DNA of 64,000 bases from Octopus vulgaris (Eukaryota). The position numbers were made by a program, and so were the translations under genes. Shown piece after piece: positions 59,482 to 64,000 of the stretch (position 1 is the first letter of the stretch; each line of letters starts with the position of its first letter). The DNA lies in assembly GCA_951406725.2 (NCBI GenBank), contig OX597814.1, forward strand, positions 18,786,001 through 18,850,000. Reading direction: 5' to 3'. A model generated the notes under the pieces. That model did no database searches and was not told where the DNA came from. It was given only the letters and a program-made list of their open reading frames with translations.

Positions 59482-59541
<60 letters not shown>

Positions 59542-59662
59542 TATATATATACATGTATATATATACATATTATATATATGTTCCGACGCACGAAACTTTC
59601 GGACCTTGAATCACTTTGCTACTTCTAAATATAGAATATATATATAAATATGTGTGTGTGTA

Positions 59663-59701
<39 letters not shown>

Positions 59702-60653
59702 TGTATGTGTGTATGCATGTATGTATGCATGTAAGTATATATATATGCGCACACGTGTAGATATGCATAGTGCCTATTTATTTGTACATACGTAACTACA
59801 TAAGCGAAAAATATATACATGAGTGAGAGCGTTGTTTTATACTCAAATATGCGTATGTGTGAATGTCTACATGAGTATGCGTTTGTGTGCGCACGTGTAC
59901 TTATGTGCGACTGTGTGAGCGTGTGCGTGAGTGTCTGTCTGTGTGAGCTTGTACATTCATAACTGTGTATAATTGCGTATACATGTGGTTGTACGTACGC
60001 GTAACGTTGGGAAAACGCTTGTTTGATATATGATACGCGTAAATATCATTAGTTCAGTTCATTTACTAGAGATGTCAAATGAGAAGAATGCATGTTAAGC
60101 CAAAATGCTGAAGATGAAAACAATGACTACGATGGCGACACGTTAAGAAAGAACAACCGGAAGCGTCATCTCACTCATTTAAAATCCCTTCTTACATGGC
60201 GTGCGAGACTCTGTTTACCCCTTGGGGTTGATTTTAGCAATAGGTGGTACTATCAAAGACCTTTTCACAGCCATTTCTTGCCATAAGGCATACAAGTAAA
60301 AGTAAATGCTTTGATATAAATGCCTCTTTTAATGGTATAAGTTCACCACAGTCTTCACAGTTATTTCTCTCAATTTCATCTCACGTGAAGCGAATCTCAA
60401 ATGTACGGATTTTAGTAGTCGTCTTGTCTGCCTGTCTGTCTGATTATCTGTCTGTCCGTCTGTTTTGCCTATCTGTCTGTGTTTTGCATGTATTTCGAAG
60501 TGTCTGTCTGCGTCTCATGTTTTGTTTATCTCTCACTTTCTTCACTATCAAACAGTTTCTTATAGTTTTCGTTTCACCAGTTCCCCGTGATCCCTTTATG
60601 TCTGTCTCTTTCTCTCCCTTTCCTCTCACTCTCTTTTTCTCCCTCTCTCAATA

Positions 60654-60777
<124 letters not shown>

Positions 60778-60846
60778 CATGTGTGTGTATCTGTGCAATT
60801 TCCCTTTGTATAACGGTCATTTTTCATAGCATTTTTCCAATGACCA

Positions 60847-60907
60847 GATAACTGAAGAGATGGCGGCGTGGATTTCCACATCGGCATCCGAAACTCGGAG
60901 TTTTATC
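60847..60907 (+). ncRNA. Canonical-order type I hammerhead motif
   Basis: GAUAA-CUGAAGA-[GAUGGCGGCGUGGA uu UCCACAUCGGCAUC]C-GAA-ACUC g GAGU-U-UUAUC. Confidence 0.7.
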
Positions 60908-61011
60908 ATGGCTATGGAATAATTGTCACATATTACATTTACAAATAAATTCCTCTATTTACATAATATCGAGGTCTCTTTCTATCTTTTGCTGTCTTAC
61001 CACTTTTATCA

Positions 61012-61059
<48 letters not shown>

Positions 61060-61081
61060 AACTCTCCTATCGGTTTCGACT

Positions 61082-61197
<116 letters not shown>

Positions 61198-61253
61198 AAT
61201 ACCATATACACATATACATATATAAACATGCACACGAAAACACACACACACAA

Positions 61254-61358
<105 letters not shown>

Positions 61359-61785
61359 ACATGTGTGTCTGTGTATGTATGTATACAGATATTTATATAG
61401 ATATATTTATGAAAGAGAGATGACAAAGGAATACTTGATTATCCTATGAACTTCATTTTTCTGTAGCTGTTTCTGTTCTAAGATGCAGTATCTGTGTAAC
61501 ATCTTACAGCTTCATGGGAGCCTCGAATATGACGTATAGTTACATTCCTACATACATCATATCACATACTAGCATTAAATTTCTAAACACACACACACAT
61601 GCGTACACAGACAGTCAGGTGTCAGGCAATTATGCAAACAGACAGACAGACAGACAAATATATATATATTTTTGTTCGTGTACTTCGTTCGTTTTCCGTC
61701 CTCGTGTTGTATACATTCGAAGCTTTCTTCCAAGGGATCTAATGCACTTGGCTTAGATTTCCCGTGGCGGGCTGCCCATATCGGA

Positions 61786-61851
61786 GCAATCTCAAGATTA
61801 ATCAGCCGAAATTGCTAAGATGATCTGGTTCTTGACTGATGACTGAGGGCT
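61786..61851 (+). ncRNA. Strand-swapped hammerhead candidate, family 3, copy 1
   Basis: GCAAU-C-UCAAGA-uua-AUCAGCC-GAA-AUUGC-14nt-UCUUGA-CUGAUGA-cugag-GGCU. Confidence 0.65.
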
Positions 61852-62564
61852 TCGAATGTCCCGTCCTGTGGTTCTTGTGTCGTCTCTGTGGCGTTTCATG
61901 TTCTTGTCCATGTCTGTAATTATTTTTACTGTTTACCTATATAATCGGCGGCTACGTATCCACAATTGTCCTTATACGATAAGTATATTTTTTTCTCAAG
62001 CATTGATACGACTCTTAATCTTTCTTTCTCTCTCTCTCTCCTCCCTTATTCCCCCTCCTTTCTTTCCCTCTCCATCCGTTTCCCCCCCCTTCTACGTTTC
62101 TCTATCTCTCTCACCTCCAGCCCCCTCGATCTGTCTCTTTCTTCTCCTCCCTCGTCCACCTTCTCTCTCTTTTCATCTGTCCCTTTCTCTTGTATTTTGT
62201 TCTCACGTGACCGCTGACCGCTGTTGAGCGCTCTTTTCGTTCCAGCAGCCGTTGAAGCAACACGTACTTGTTCGTCTCCCTGTGGCCATTAGGCACAACT
62301 TCATAAGCCAGCCCCATGCTCAATTCGTCCTGTCGAAAGACCCTTGTCCTACGTCCTGGTTTTGTTTTGTTGTTTATTTTTTATACTTTATTTTTACCGT
62401 TATTGTTTTTACGTTTTTGTATTCTTATTGTTGTCACGTATTCTGTATTTTTGTTCGTGTACTTCGTTCGTTTTCCGTCCTCGTGTTGTATACATTCGAA
62501 GCTTTCTTCCAGGGGATCTAATGCACTTGGCTTAGATTTCCCGTGGCGGGCTGCCCATATCGGA

Positions 62565-62630
62565 GCAATCTCAAGATTAATCAGCCGAAATTGCTAAGAT
62601 GATCTGGTTCTTGACTGATGACTGAGGGCT
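62565..62630 (+). ncRNA. Strand-swapped hammerhead candidate, family 3, copy 2
   Basis: Identical to 61786-61851. Confidence 0.65.
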
Positions 62631-62725
62631 TCGAATGTCCCATCCTGTGGTTCTTGTGTCGTCTCTGTGGCGTTTCATGTTCTTGTCCATGTCTGTAATT
62701 ATTTTTACTGTTTACCTATATATAT

Positions 62726-62822
<97 letters not shown>

Positions 62823-63343
62823 CAGATGGCTATAACACAAAAACGTATAAAATACACACCAATATTCACTGTATAAAATGTAATTTAAACTAGCGTAAGC
62901 AAAGGTGCAAAAGAAAATGAAGTGAGTGAATAGAGAAAAGTTTAATGACACACAGACCTTGGACGGAACTGTGTCATCTGACTAAATCGAAGTATAAGGA
63001 GGAGAACTTCAAACAATAAAACGTACGATAATCAAAATTTTACAACGGGTTTTGTGTATTATCTTATTTGATAATTGCATTTTTGTTTTTTAAATGACAT
63101 TATTTCGAGAGAAATGATGGTTTCACAAGGCCAACAGATTATGAGATGGTGATGAGTCGATTACATTGACCACAGTCTTGTTCAAGAGGTACATATATTA
63201 TCGACTGTTAAAGAAGAGACGGTAAAGGCAACCGTGGCATGATTTGAGCGCAGGATGCAAATAGTTCGAATAATTGCCATTAAGAATTTTGTTCTACGCG
63301 CTGGTGATTCCGCTCATCCCTTAAAATTTGAGAAAGAGTATTA

Positions 63344-63555
63344 CTTTCTACTATAGGCACAAGACCTGAAGATTGTTGGGTGGGACCTACTCGATTATAT
63401 CGACACCAATGCGAAACTGATACTTATGTCATCGACCCCGAAAGGATAAAAAGCAAAGCCGACCTCGTCGAAATTTGAACTCATACCGTAAAGACGGACG
63501 AAATGAAGCTAAGCATTTTGCCCGTCGTGTTAACTACCTGCCAGATAGCCGCCTT
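63344..63555 (-). mobile_element. SINE family B, degenerate
   Basis: Homology to family B. Confidence 0.75.
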
Positions 63556-63840
63556 ATTTCGAGAAAAAAATACAATAGTAAAGATTGTGAATTATTGATC
63601 TACTGTTTATCGATTACGCGGATCATGGGAACTACTTAGATACATAATCAATAGCTTGGTTAAAAGGTTTCAACGCATATACGCTTCGGAGTTGTACTGT
63701 ACGTCTCATTTGAGCATCTTCTACAATGGTTTATGTTGGATCAAGCTATCCTGGTAAGACTATGAAAAGAAATGTGTTGAAGTGGGCCGGATACATTGCA
63801 GCCGTTATTGGTTGGTAGATCAGTCTTTCGTTTTAACATT

Positions 63841-64000
63841 ACCTATTTCTTTATTATCCACAAGGGGCTAAACATAGAGGGGACAGACAAGGACGGACAT
63901 AGGTATTAAGTCGATTACATCGACCCCTGGTACTTAATTTATCGACCCCGAAAGGATGAAAGGCAAAGTCGACCTCGGCGGAATTTGAGCTCACAACGTA
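63841..64000 (-). mobile_element. SINE family B, cut by window edge
   Basis: Homology to family B. Confidence 0.85.

Larger units (their letters stand above)
61664..62721 (+). mobile_element. 779-bp-unit retrozyme/Penelope-like element with ~275-bp near-identical terminal direct repeats, between (TA)n tracts
   Basis: ~61664-61942 repeated at ~62443-62721; each repeat holds a strand-swapped hammerhead motif. Confidence 0.8.

Overview
Eukaryotic, very AT-rich, microsatellite-saturated non-coding DNA. The tRNA-derived SINE families resemble those of octopus/cephalopods (inference). No host protein-coding gene is recognisable, and nearly all ORF-track entries are translations of (TA)n/(CA)n/(GATA)n/(ATT)n tracts. 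Transposon content: several SINE families, four decayed Tc1/mariner elements (DD34E, DD37D, DD34D, DUF4817-type), a (TAA)n-inserted R4/Dong-like RLE retrotransposon, an RTE-like LINE fragment, a non-autonomous Helitron, piggyBac- and hAT-like MITEs, and many Penelope-like fragments with hammerhead ribozyme (HHR) motifs. Main discovery: three diverged ~0.78-0.83 kb direct/tandem-repeat elements (6.9-7.85 kb, 30.3-32.9 kb, 61.7-62.7 kb). Each carries one hammerhead-like core per unit with strand order [III-NUH-I]-[II'-GAAA-III']-[I'-CUGANGA-II]. This is not a circular permutation of HHR types I/II/III. Stems I and III covary across the families and the spacing is conserved. It is a candidate pseudoknotted, strand-swapped hammerhead in a retrozyme-like element; activity is untested.
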